DNA of 64,000 bases, from contig JAOMTZ010000006.1 of NCBI GenBank assembly GCA_028356125.1, positions 3,350 to 67,349 of the forward strand, written 5' to 3'. The notes under the pieces are model-generated. The model was not told where the DNA came from. It did not search any database and saw only the letters and a list, made by a program, of their open reading frames with translations. Source of the DNA: Candidatus Poseidoniaceae archaeon. Lineage in GTDB: Archaea > Thermoplasmatota > Poseidoniia > Poseidoniales > Poseidoniaceae. Shown in pieces: positions 40,101 through 48,498 of the stretch; within the stretch, counting starts at the first letter, position 1, and each line of letters starts with the position of its first letter. Both the position numbers and the translations under genes were made by a program.

Positions 40101-40143
40101 CACAGTCATGGGTTTCATATGCGAAAGCCTCACGCATACAGTC

Positions 40144-41148
40144 ATGGCCATTGACCCAGAATCATTTGACAAGCCAGTCAAAGATTATGATTTTGCGAAT
40201 CTAAGTGATCCAAAATCACTGATTGACCAGATGGCTGATGCCGGTGGTTTCACCGCAACAAAGTTGGCTTACGCCAGGGATATCCTGAAAGACATGCGTT
40301 CTGAAATCAATGCAGTTGATGCAGACCCAAGTAAAGTGACAAACTGGCTTTCTTTCCCTGCATGTCTTTGTGCTACAGGAACAAGAGGTTTCTTTGTCGA
40401 AGCGATAAAGACAAAAATGTTCAATGTAGTATCAACTACTTGTGGAATGTTAGACCATGACATAGCTAGGGCATACAAGCACTACTATCACGGTGCATTC
40501 GAGTTAGATGATATTGAACTAGGCGAACATCAATTGATGAGGCTTGGTAACGTAATCGTTCCAAATTCAAGTTATGGAGAAATTATCGAAGCGGTAGTAA
40601 TGCCAGTATTGGAAGATATTCGTAATGATAGACTTTCAGAAACCGGTAAAGAAGGCGCAGACGCTTGGCTGGGCTTCGGTTCAATCCACCTGGTATGGGA
40701 ATTAGGTAAGCGAATCGGCACTCCAGACTCACTAATTTATTGGGCCTACAAAAACAAGGTACCAGTTTGTATACCAGGTATTACTGATGGTAGTATTGGA
40801 GCGCAGTTGTTCATGTTCAGACAAAAATATCGTGATTTCCACATAGACACACTTGCTGATGAACAAGTCATGAGCGATTTGACTTGGGATGTTGAGAAAT
40901 CCAATGCACTGATGGTTGGCGGAGGTATATCCAAGCATCACGTAATATGGTGGAATCAATACCGTGGAGGCTTAGACTCTGCAGTTTACATTACAACCGC
41001 TCCAGAACACGATGGTAGCCTTTCAGGTGCACGCCTAAGAGAGGCGATTAGTTGGGGCAAAATGAGACCCGAAGCGCCTAATGTTTGCGTCGAAGGAGAT
41101 GCTTCAGTCCTACTTCCTCTTCTTGGTAGTGATTTATTCGGTGAGTGA
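40144..41148 (+). CDS. dys: Deoxyhypusine synthase
   Basis: RLGNV, PGITDGSIG, GGGISKHH and DGSLSGARLREAISWGK (catalytic Lys). Confidence 0.95.
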   Translation: MAIDPESFDKPVKDYDFANLSDPKSLIDQMADAGGFTATKLAYARDILKDMRSEINAVDADPSKVTNWLSFPACLCATGTRGFFVEAIKTKMFNVVSTTCGMLDHDIARAYKHYYHGAFELDDIELGEHQLMRLGNVIVPNSSYGEIIEAVVMPVLEDIRNDRLSETGKEGADAWLGFGSIHLVWELGKRIGTPDSLIYWAYKNKVPVCIPGITDGSIGAQLFMFRQKYRDFHIDTLADEQVMSDLTWDVEKSNALMVGGGISKHHVIWWNQYRGGLDSAVYITTAPEHDGSLSGARLREAISWGKMRPEAPNVCVEGDASVLLPLLGSDLFGE

Positions 41149-41149
41149 A

Positions 41150-42607
41150 ATGAGAACAATCTTTCTGGCATTATTGATGGTTAGCGCTTCACTGGCAGGC
41201 TGCTTTGGTGATGAAGAAAAGGCAGAGGTCATTGCTGAAACAGATGTTTGGGGCTTTGACAAACCAGATTTAACCTGGTATCACTTTGCTAATGCAGAAG
41301 ATGCCTGGGGTAACGAAGAATTCGATTTCGAAGGCCGAAATATACCATATGAAGCAGTTGGTTCATACTACGGAATTGGGATGTCGACTTTCGAGCCAAC
41401 AATGGGTATTACTCAAAGTGATATGATGATGATGAGCTCCTACGGCAATGGACCAGCAGGCTCAACAGCAATCATTTCTTGTGATTTAATTGGAATGCAT
41501 GATGCTTTAGACTACAGTTGTGAAAACGTCTACGACCCACTGCTGCCAATTGCAAATTCCAATGACCCTTACATCTATGTCGACCCATGGACTAGTAGAA
41601 TCATGAAATTCGATATGCACGCTTTGCTAGGAATGACTGTTGAATGGTCAGATGATGAAGGTGCAAGTTGGAATGGCCCTAGTGTGGCAACACAAATTTA
41701 CTCTGTTCAAGATCACCAAACAATAGCAAGCAGCAATATGCCTGCATTACTATATCCAACAACGTGGATGTTCTGCATCAACGGAAACTGGCCTAGTCCA
41801 CTATGCTCTTCTAGTCAAGATGGAGGAGCAACTTGGGGCCCTGAATTAGAAGGTGCACCCCAAGGTTGCCAATCCGGTGGATTAACTGCGCACCTTGTTG
41901 GCAGTGTAGATGGTAATTTCTATCGAGGCAATATTGGATGCACAGGAGATTCTGATGATGACGGATATCCAGATGGTTATTCCATTTATCGAACCACAAA
42001 TGCAGGATTAGCCTGGACTGAACACCCACTTCCTACTTCGGAGTCGGGAACAGCAAACACTTGGAATGCTGAAGAAGCCCAAGTAGAAGTCGATAGTGAA
42101 GGAAATGTACACGCAATGTGGATGGGTAAGGATAACATGCCATACTGGTCATATTCCGTTGACCAAGGTAACACTTGGTCAAATGCAACAATGATCGCTC
42201 CCCCAATCAACCTCTCAGGTACTGGATTCCCAGTCGTTGTAGCAGGCGATGCTGGAACTGTAGCATTCGGTTATGTGGGTGAGACTGAAGGAGATGAAGA
42301 AACCTGGAATGCTTACCTAACATATGCAACCGATGCTTTCAGTGAGAATCCATTATTCACAACAGTTCAGCTGAACCTAGAAGGAGATCCAATTGACATC
42401 GAAACCGATTGTGGGTACAACCGATGCGGTGGACTTGGTGACTTCTTAGACATCAGAGTCGATGCATATGGGAGAACCTGGTTCTCATTGTCTCACAACA
42501 TCGCAGACATTGGAATCTTTGGAACTTTCAGCACAGGACCAAGTCTTCATGGTGAAAATATCACTATGCTTCCAGATATGCCACTAGGTGGAATGCAGAC
42601 TCTTTGA
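41150..42607 (+). CDS. Secreted lipoprotein with BNR/Asp-box repeats (sialidase-like propeller)
   Basis: Lipobox LAGC and four Asp-boxes: SDDEGASW, SQDGGATW, TTNAGLAW, SVDQGNTW. Confidence 0.8.
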   Translation: MRTIFLALLMVSASLAGCFGDEEKAEVIAETDVWGFDKPDLTWYHFANAEDAWGNEEFDFEGRNIPYEAVGSYYGIGMSTFEPTMGITQSDMMMMSSYGNGPAGSTAIISCDLIGMHDALDYSCENVYDPLLPIANSNDPYIYVDPWTSRIMKFDMHALLGMTVEWSDDEGASWNGPSVATQIYSVQDHQTIASSNMPALLYPTTWMFCINGNWPSPLCSSSQDGGATWGPELEGAPQGCQSGGLTAHLVGSVDGNFYRGNIGCTGDSDDDGYPDGYSIYRTTNAGLAWTEHPLPTSESGTANTWNAEEAQVEVDSEGNVHAMWMGKDNMPYWSYSVDQGNTWSNATMIAPPINLSGTGFPVVVAGDAGTVAFGYVGETEGDEETWNAYLTYATDAFSENPLFTTVQLNLEGDPIDIETDCGYNRCGGLGDFLDIRVDAYGRTWFSLSHNIADIGIFGTFSTGPSLHGENITMLPDMPLGGMQTL

Positions 42608-42633
42608 TTTGTATTACTTGACTTGGTTCACTA

Positions 42634-42700
42634 TACAGTGGGTAGCGTCTGTATCGACCCACTGAATCCCCTTTGTATCGAAAAATAAAATGCAAAGGGG
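42634..42700. repeat. Tandem inverted repeats built from TDCARWGGG motifs (islet spacer 1)
   Basis: CAGTGGGT(42636-43)/ACCCACTG(42657-64) and CCCCTTTGTA(42668-77)/TGCAAAGGGG(42691-700). Confidence 0.75.
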
Positions 42701-42783
42701 TTTAGGATGGCCCCTTGCAACTTATCCGAATCCATTTGTCGCAACATCCAACTGATTAACATCTCAATTCATCTAGCAGTCGC

Positions 42784-43449
42784 ATGGCGGAAGCTTCTGA
42801 TCTATGGGATGAATTCTTTCAGAATCGTATTTCAACCCCTCATATTGAATTGTTTGAGTGTGAAAATTTGAAGGTCAAATCATTTTTAAGAGGAAGAAAT
42901 AATCGAAGATATCTCAAAAGAAATCCAAAGATGGAAGCCTTAGTACGTGATGTGTGTTCAATAATCATTCAAGAGCATGAAAAGAAACAGACTAATGTTG
43001 ATGGAATGATATATTGTATGTATTCGTTAGTTGACTCAAAGGTAATTCCCCTATACATCGGCAAGGCAGAGAGGATTGGAAGGAATGGAAATTTATCAGT
43101 GAATATTTCGGATGCAATGTCAAAAAGTGGCAGTCTATTTGCCAGATGGGGTTATGGATATGCCTACCATTTAGGGGATTTGAGTGCTGCTGTTTTCGGA
43201 CATGAAAGAAAACCTGTGCCTAAGTATGAAAAATGGGCGAATGAATTGTTTTCTAACAAAGAGAGTTTACAACTAAAATCTCAAGTGTACTTTTGGTGTG
43301 AAGCTTGGGAACAAAATCTAACAGGCCCTTGGAATGAATACGGCCCTACATCACTTTCCTTCCTGGAGTATCAACTGATCGGAATCGGTTCAAAAATGAA
43401 TCCAGATATATTGAATGCTGAGGGAACTAATTTTAGATTAAATGGATGA
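42784..43449 (+). CDS. GIY-YIG superfamily nuclease
   Basis: GMIYCMY...PLYIGKA, downstream ARW...H, LEYQLI and P.ILN.EG follow the order of the GIY-YIG catalytic Y, Y, R, E, N residues. Confidence 0.75.
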   Translation: MAEASDLWDEFFQNRISTPHIELFECENLKVKSFLRGRNNRRYLKRNPKMEALVRDVCSIIIQEHEKKQTNVDGMIYCMYSLVDSKVIPLYIGKAERIGRNGNLSVNISDAMSKSGSLFARWGYGYAYHLGDLSAAVFGHERKPVPKYEKWANELFSNKESLQLKSQVYFWCEAWEQNLTGPWNEYGPTSLSFLEYQLIGIGSKMNPDILNAEGTNFRLNG

Positions 43450-43464
43450 TTGGAGGTTTTTATT

Positions 43465-44289
43465 TTGGCAATTAGTGACGAATTCTTAGCTATGGTGGGA
43501 CGCGATTATTCTGCAGATGTGGCTCGTATTAACTCAGAATTGAATTTGAAAGGCGATGGTTTGTTGGTTGATTATGTGCCTCCGCACACATTTGTAGGCA
43601 ACATCGACAAAATGGAGAATGGAAATTGCATACTTGTCATAGGAATCAATCCGTTTCTATGGGATGACCAAAGATTCGAAAGAGCAAATATCGAACTACC
43701 TATTCATTGCTTGGCAAATTATAGAAATTCTGGTGATGTAAACGCTCTCTCTGATTGGATTAATTGGCAGAAGGAATATTTTCTCAGTAATGACATAAAT
43801 GCAACCCATTTCAAGAAGATCTCCAGATTGATAGGCCCCCGATATTTCTCCCTTACACATGGAGATGATAATTGGCGGGATACTCTTTGTCAACACATAG
43901 TTGAGGTCGATATTGTCCCATATTATTCCATAAAAGCTCAAATTAACGACCAAAAATTGGCGAAATTGTACAGATACGATTCGGCCTTGATTACACATTT
44001 GAACCTGATTAAATGGGTTATCAAGAAAATCCAACCTAGATGGATTCAGGTTAATGGAAAGGCTGGCTGGGAAACTATTTGTCAAGAATTATTGAACGGT
44101 GAGGGAGAAATAATTGACAATGCAGGAGATAAGGGGAGTGAGATTATGGTGGGGCATACCAACGTTACTGGCAATAGAATACCCGTATTATTACACAAAT
44201 TTATTGGCGGATTGGGTGGTGCAAACTCCCACATTCAGAGGAATCAAGTAATGGATTCCTGGGACAAATGGTTATCGAGTAATTCATGA
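43465..44289 (+). CDS. Divergent uracil-DNA glycosylase superfamily protein
   Basis: PPHTFVGNI...ILVIGINP (motif A-like), EVDIVPYYS, IQPRWIQVNGK and LLHKF (motif B-like). TTG start 7 nt after a GGAGGT SD. Confidence 0.6.
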   Translation: MAISDEFLAMVGRDYSADVARINSELNLKGDGLLVDYVPPHTFVGNIDKMENGNCILVIGINPFLWDDQRFERANIELPIHCLANYRNSGDVNALSDWINWQKEYFLSNDINATHFKKISRLIGPRYFSLTHGDDNWRDTLCQHIVEVDIVPYYSIKAQINDQKLAKLYRYDSALITHLNLIKWVIKKIQPRWIQVNGKAGWETICQELLNGEGEIIDNAGDKGSEIMVGHTNVTGNRIPVLLHKFIGGLGGANSHIQRNQVMDSWDKWLSSNS

Positions 44290-44291
44290 AA

Positions 44292-44374
44292 ATACAGAGG
44301 GGGGCCCTTTGTATACCCGTAAATACAGTGGGTACCCTCTCATGACACGCCTGTACAGTGGGTGTTCAGAGGGT
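44292..44374. repeat. Hairpin/direct-repeat cluster of TDCARWGGG motifs (islet spacer 2)
   Basis: ATACAGAGGG/CCCTTTGTAT hairpin, TACAGTGGG at 44324 and 44354, and an ACCCTCT(44334-40)/AGAGGGT(44368-74) stem. Confidence 0.75.
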
Positions 44375-44415
44375 GGAACCGAGTTAATTATAACCAAGCC
44401 CCGCATAGTGAGAGT

Positions 44416-45096
44416 ATGAAACCAGGGCAAATTCTCGCAACAGGTTTACTTTTTTTCCTTCTTTTTATGCCATTATTTGCTCTTATTGGAGACATGAGAG
44501 TCCAGTGTGAATTTAATGTTGAAAATGATTGTTCTGATTACACAAATATGCAAGGATTAATTGGTGCAGGATTATTGTTCGGCCTAATGCTTTCAGTTGG
44601 TGGCGCATACAAAATGAGGAATCTCTCGAAGGGAACAGGAAGTCCAACATTTGGTAAGTATTCCTTACAAGATCACAACATGAAAGGTAGTATGTGGGAT
44701 TCAGACTCAAAATCTAATGACGTTTCTTTCGTTGAACAATATGGTATAGATGATTCTGTTCTCGTAGATGTCCTTAAGATTCTTCAAAGCGAGAAGGATA
44801 ATGCTCTGAACGATTCAAATCAACTGCTTTCTAAAATTGAACTTAACAACGATTCAAGTTCAGAAATTGGTGCCTTAATGCAGAAGCAGATTCACCAGAA
44901 AACAAGAGTGGGCGATATCGAACAAGCCATGACAAAAATCAAGGCTGAAATGAAAGGCATCAAAGAATCACAAACCGAATCAAATCTTGACATGAAGGAT
45001 TCAGTTATTTCTGGAGACGTGATGGTTAACAACCCTCATGAAATTGCTGAGGCTGCAATAAAGGCGTACAAAATGGGTCAACAAAGCAAAGATTAG
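44416..45096 (+). CDS. Hypothetical two-TM protein with coiled-coil tail
   Basis: Two N-terminal TMs around a CxxxxxxxC loop, a coiled-coil region and C-terminal MKDSVISGDV. Confidence 0.7.
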   Translation: MKPGQILATGLLFFLLFMPLFALIGDMRVQCEFNVENDCSDYTNMQGLIGAGLLFGLMLSVGGAYKMRNLSKGTGSPTFGKYSLQDHNMKGSMWDSDSKSNDVSFVEQYGIDDSVLVDVLKILQSEKDNALNDSNQLLSKIELNNDSSSEIGALMQKQIHQKTRVGDIEQAMTKIKAEMKGIKESQTESNLDMKDSVISGDVMVNNPHEIAEAAIKAYKMGQQSKD

Positions 45097-45236
45097 TTTT
45101 TTGATACGCAACAACCGACATATCATTCCCATGAAATCGCGAGGGTTCTCTCAGACCCCTCAAGACATTATGGAGGAGTACAATGGGTGTTCAGTCCCCC
45201 AGTACACTCGCTACCGTTCGTATTTCTCAATTACTC

Positions 45237-46298
45237 CCAGACTTGGATCACAATCAAACAGTTTATGTGTTGTCACTTCTTGATTAAATTATGAAGAAAG
45301 TTGTTGTAACCCTACTTGTTGTTTTGACATTTGCGATGAGCTCTACAAATGTGCAGGCACAGGCTGCGACACCAACAGTGCAAATGCAGTGTGATTCTGA
45401 TGTATCTTTTGATGTATATCCGGGGGCAGATTCAACATCGATAATGAACTGCACCTTGTCAAACCCAAATAACTACAATGAAACAATAGAGATGGAATAT
45501 TCAGCACCTGATGGTTTTGTTGCTACGTTTGTTGAAGGAAATGTGGTGAATCTGACCGGTGGTGAGCAGAAGGAAATCAGCATTGAAATTTTTGCAGTAT
45601 CTGAACAGGCGGTTGCAGCACACATGATTCAAGTTAATGCTACTGTTACCGAAGCAGATGGTTCTCCCCCTCCTAATGTTGCAAGGTCTACAGTCAACAG
45701 TTTGCTAAATGTCAATGCTTACGACAACTATGATGTTACCTACGGAATCATGTTCTGGCAGATTGACATAATTTCTGAGGACCCAATGGATCATATGATT
45801 GAAATGACGGTTGAAAATAATGGCAACAGTTTGGAACGACTTGGAATTGAAAGTATTTCTGATTTAAGAGATGAACTCGAATCTTATAACATGGTAGTGG
45901 GAATCCCAGTTGTTAGCTTCGAAGTTGCGCCATCTGAAACCTATTCATTCAATTTCAGCATTGGGAGTATTTCAGAAATTAATGCTTCTACATGGCTTGA
46001 ATACGACAATGGTACCAAACAAGTTACTATCGATACAAACATTACAATTGTAAATGCAGAAAGCGGAGAGGACGGTTACTATTGTTACGAATGTAATGGC
46101 TCAACCTATCTGAGAATTCAAATCAATCTATTGGCATTTGAATCACAAATCGTTGCTGATGATAGTTCTGATTCAGTACCTGGTTTTGATGGACATTTGA
46201 GTATGGTTTCTATTATCTTGGCGGCATTCGTTATTGCCCGCAGAACTCGATATTGAGAATCGATTCAGCAGTCAGAAGTATCTACCAGACTTGGATCA
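45237..46298. repeat. 14-bp direct repeat CCAGACTTGGATCA flanking the 45291-46256 gene
   Basis: Identical copies at 45237-45250 and 46285-46298. A degenerate copy GACTTGGTTCA lies at 42620-42630. Confidence 0.75.
45291..46256 (+). CDS. Secreted surface protein with Ig/CARDB-like domains and PGF-CTERM-like sorting signal
   Basis: Signal peptide ending AQA, many N-x-S/T sequons and C-terminal VPGF + TM + RRTRY. Confidence 0.75.
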   Translation: MKKVVVTLLVVLTFAMSSTNVQAQAATPTVQMQCDSDVSFDVYPGADSTSIMNCTLSNPNNYNETIEMEYSAPDGFVATFVEGNVVNLTGGEQKEISIEIFAVSEQAVAAHMIQVNATVTEADGSPPPNVARSTVNSLLNVNAYDNYDVTYGIMFWQIDIISEDPMDHMIEMTVENNGNSLERLGIESISDLRDELESYNMVVGIPVVSFEVAPSETYSFNFSIGSISEINASTWLEYDNGTKQVTIDTNITIVNAESGEDGYYCYECNGSTYLRIQINLLAFESQIVADDSSDSVPGFDGHLSMVSIILAAFVIARRTRY

Positions 46299-46308
46299 GG
46301 GACTTTAT

Positions 46309-46674
46309 CTACTGATTTGGTAAACTTTTGATGTGTTCTTCGATTGTATTAGCACAGGCTTCGAAGGCATCTAATGGCTGTCCGTATGGATCATCAAGAC
46401 CCCAGTCTTGGTCTATCCTGATAGCCGGGCAACTGACACCACATCCCATCGAAATGACCATGTCAAACGATTTCCAATCTACATCATCCACCAGTTTTGG
46501 ACACAGCCCCTCAGTGCTCATTCCTTTGGATTCAAGAACTTTTATTGCATTAGGACTAACATTAGTTTCAGGATGGGTGCCTGCACTTGCAGAATCGTGT
46601 CCTAAACTTCTAGCAATGCTTTCAGCCATTTGAGAGCGGCAGGAGTTGCCAACACAGACGAATAGTAGTCGCAT
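46309..46674 (-). CDS. arsC: LMW phosphatase-family arsenate reductase
   Basis: LFVCVGNSCRSQMAE, SAGT, MGCGVSCP and DWGLDDP. Confidence 0.88.
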   Translation of the reverse strand: MRLLFVCVGNSCRSQMAESIARSLGHDSASAGTHPETNVSPNAIKVLESKGMSTEGLCPKLVDDVDWKSFDMVISMGCGVSCPAIRIDQDWGLDDPYGQPLDAFEACANTIEEHIKSLPNQ

Positions 46675-46727
46675 ATTGAGTTGTGCAACGAAGAGACATA
46701 TGAACCAATGGCATGTAGAGACAATAG

Positions 46728-47066
46728 ATGTGGCGTCCAATTCTAGTTTACACTGGAGTGTTTGTCACTCTATTCGTTACCCACATTATTGCAGCAGCAA
46801 ACGACTGGGATGTCTTCTTCCGGATTGTGGCGGCTTTGATCACATTACAGACATTGTTTGCAGGTTTGTGCCTACATTTGTTGAAAGGCGATGTACGTCA
46901 TTCTAGACTGCCAGTCGTTGCATTGAGTGCTGGTTTAGGGTGGGCTTATGCAGGGATGGAGGCCGATTGGTCAATCGCTGTCTGGGTATTAGTGGCCATC
47001 ATGTTGCAAATCCTAACTGAAAAAGGGTTGAAGTACGGTACACCCGCCGAGTCAACTGATGGCTGA
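46728..47066 (+). CDS. Small four-TM membrane protein
   Basis: 112 aa hydrophobic ORF that overlaps the mrp start. Confidence 0.65.
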   Translation: MWRPILVYTGVFVTLFVTHIIAAANDWDVFFRIVAALITLQTLFAGLCLHLLKGDVRHSRLPVVALSAGLGWAYAGMEADWSIAVWVLVAIMLQILTEKGLKYGTPAESTDG

Positions 47067-48063
47067 CTCACCGATTAAGGTCAACAACCCCGGAGACGCA
47101 CCTGCTCCTGCTTCACCAGAAGAGCAGAAGAAGATGGAAGCAGCATACAATCAAATGAAGCGCAAGATGGCGATTTCTGAGATGGGCAAGGCTATCAAAC
47201 ACAAGATAATGGTCCTTTCAGGTAAAGGTGGCGTTGGTAAATCAACAGTTGCAACTGGACTAGCATTATCACTTGCTCAGCAAGGTCTCAAAGTTGGGCT
47301 CCTAGATATCGATATCACCGGACCTAACGTTCCTAAGATGATGGGATTGGATGGAAGAAGACTAAATGTCGAAGCAGGAAGAATACATCCTGCTCAAGGG
47401 CATCTTGGTGTGAAGGTTATCTCTATGGCTTTCTTACTGGAAGATGAAGATACTCCAGTAGTATGGCGTGGACCGATTAAATTAGGTGCAATTCAACAAT
47501 TTATCGGAGATGTCGATTGGGGAGAATTAGATTACTTGATTATCGATTTCCCACCTGGTACATCTGATGAACCGCTTACTGTGGCTCAGAATTTACCGGA
47601 CATCGATGGTATGGTAATTGTAACCACACCTCAAGATGTTGCATTGCTTGATTCTAGGAAGTCGATCACTTTCGCTAATTCCTTGAAGGTTGATGTAATC
47701 GGAGTAATCGAAAATATGAGCGGTTACACCGTCCGTGGTAAAGCACCAGCTGGAACAGAATTAGAGTTAGCAGCACCGGGCGGTAAAACAATCAGAGTTA
47801 CTACTGATGAAAACGGTGACTGGGCAGGCACTTTGGACATCTTCAAAGCAGGCGGCGGCCAGAGGACAGCCGAAGAATTCGGAGTCCCATTTTTGGGTAA
47901 GTTACCATTCGACCCTGGGTTTGTTAGAGGTGGAGATGACGGAGTTCATCGTATCGTTTCCGAGCCTGAAGGACCTTCAGCAATCGCATTTAACAAAGTC
48001 GTGGAAAACATACAACATAAGGTTGAGTCTGCTTCTAACGACGGCGGACTAGAAATTATCTGA
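47059..48063 (+). CDS. mrp: Mrp/NBP35 (ApbC) family P-loop ATPase, cysteine-free variant
   Basis: SGKGGVGKST, DIDITGPN, VVWRGP, DYLIIDFPPGTSD, VTTPQDVA and GVIENMS. The usual CxxC is absent. Confidence 0.92.
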   Translation: MADSPIKVNNPGDAPAPASPEEQKKMEAAYNQMKRKMAISEMGKAIKHKIMVLSGKGGVGKSTVATGLALSLAQQGLKVGLLDIDITGPNVPKMMGLDGRRLNVEAGRIHPAQGHLGVKVISMAFLLEDEDTPVVWRGPIKLGAIQQFIGDVDWGELDYLIIDFPPGTSDEPLTVAQNLPDIDGMVIVTTPQDVALLDSRKSITFANSLKVDVIGVIENMSGYTVRGKAPAGTELELAAPGGKTIRVTTDENGDWAGTLDIFKAGGGQRTAEEFGVPFLGKLPFDPGFVRGGDDGVHRIVSEPEGPSAIAFNKVVENIQHKVESASNDGGLEII

Positions 48064-48073
48064 GGGATAACCA

Positions 48074-48421
48074 ATGGATATCCCTGAATTAAAACGATTG
48101 GAGCGAAGAGACTTCGACATGCATCTCACTTGGTCTGATGGGACAGAACACGAGGTCACCTATGATGATCTAAGACATGCTTGTCCATGCGCTAAGTGTG
48201 CTCCTCAACGCAATGACGACCAGTCATCTATGGTACTGCGCAGGAATATTGAGAAATTACCACGCGAGAAACCTACTGTAAGGCCAGTAGGGAACTATGC
48301 CCTTTCATTCGAATGGACAAGCGGTTGCTCATCAGGAATTCATCGCTTTGAGCGAATCTGGAGATTAGGTTCTAAACTTGACCCTGATAACGGTAAAGAC
48401 TACGTCCACGGGGCATGGTGA
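48074..48421 (+). CDS. DUF971 (GBBH-like N-terminal) domain protein
   Basis: LTWSDG...LRHACPCAKC...PVGNYAL...W..G.SSGI. Confidence 0.88.
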   Translation: MDIPELKRLERRDFDMHLTWSDGTEHEVTYDDLRHACPCAKCAPQRNDDQSSMVLRRNIEKLPREKPTVRPVGNYALSFEWTSGCSSGIHRFERIWRLGSKLDPDNGKDYVHGAW

Positions 48422-48498
48422 AAGTATCAAAAGAGCGTGTCTGAAGTGGAAATACACTTGTATGCCATTATGACACGAGATTAATTGGAGGTCTTACC

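Noticed and set aside
44290-44375. Replication origin (ORB elements with G-string)
   Set aside because: The motif only loosely resembles ORBs, no orc1/cdc6 gene is adjacent and there is no clear AT-rich unwinding element between copies. It is kept only as an alternative hypothesis.
42608-45250. CRISPR array or canonical integron attC sites
   Set aside because: The repeats are short, degenerate and in both orientations, without a regular repeat-spacer period or cas genes. I found no RYYYAAC...GTTRRRY attC ends and no integron integrase in the window.
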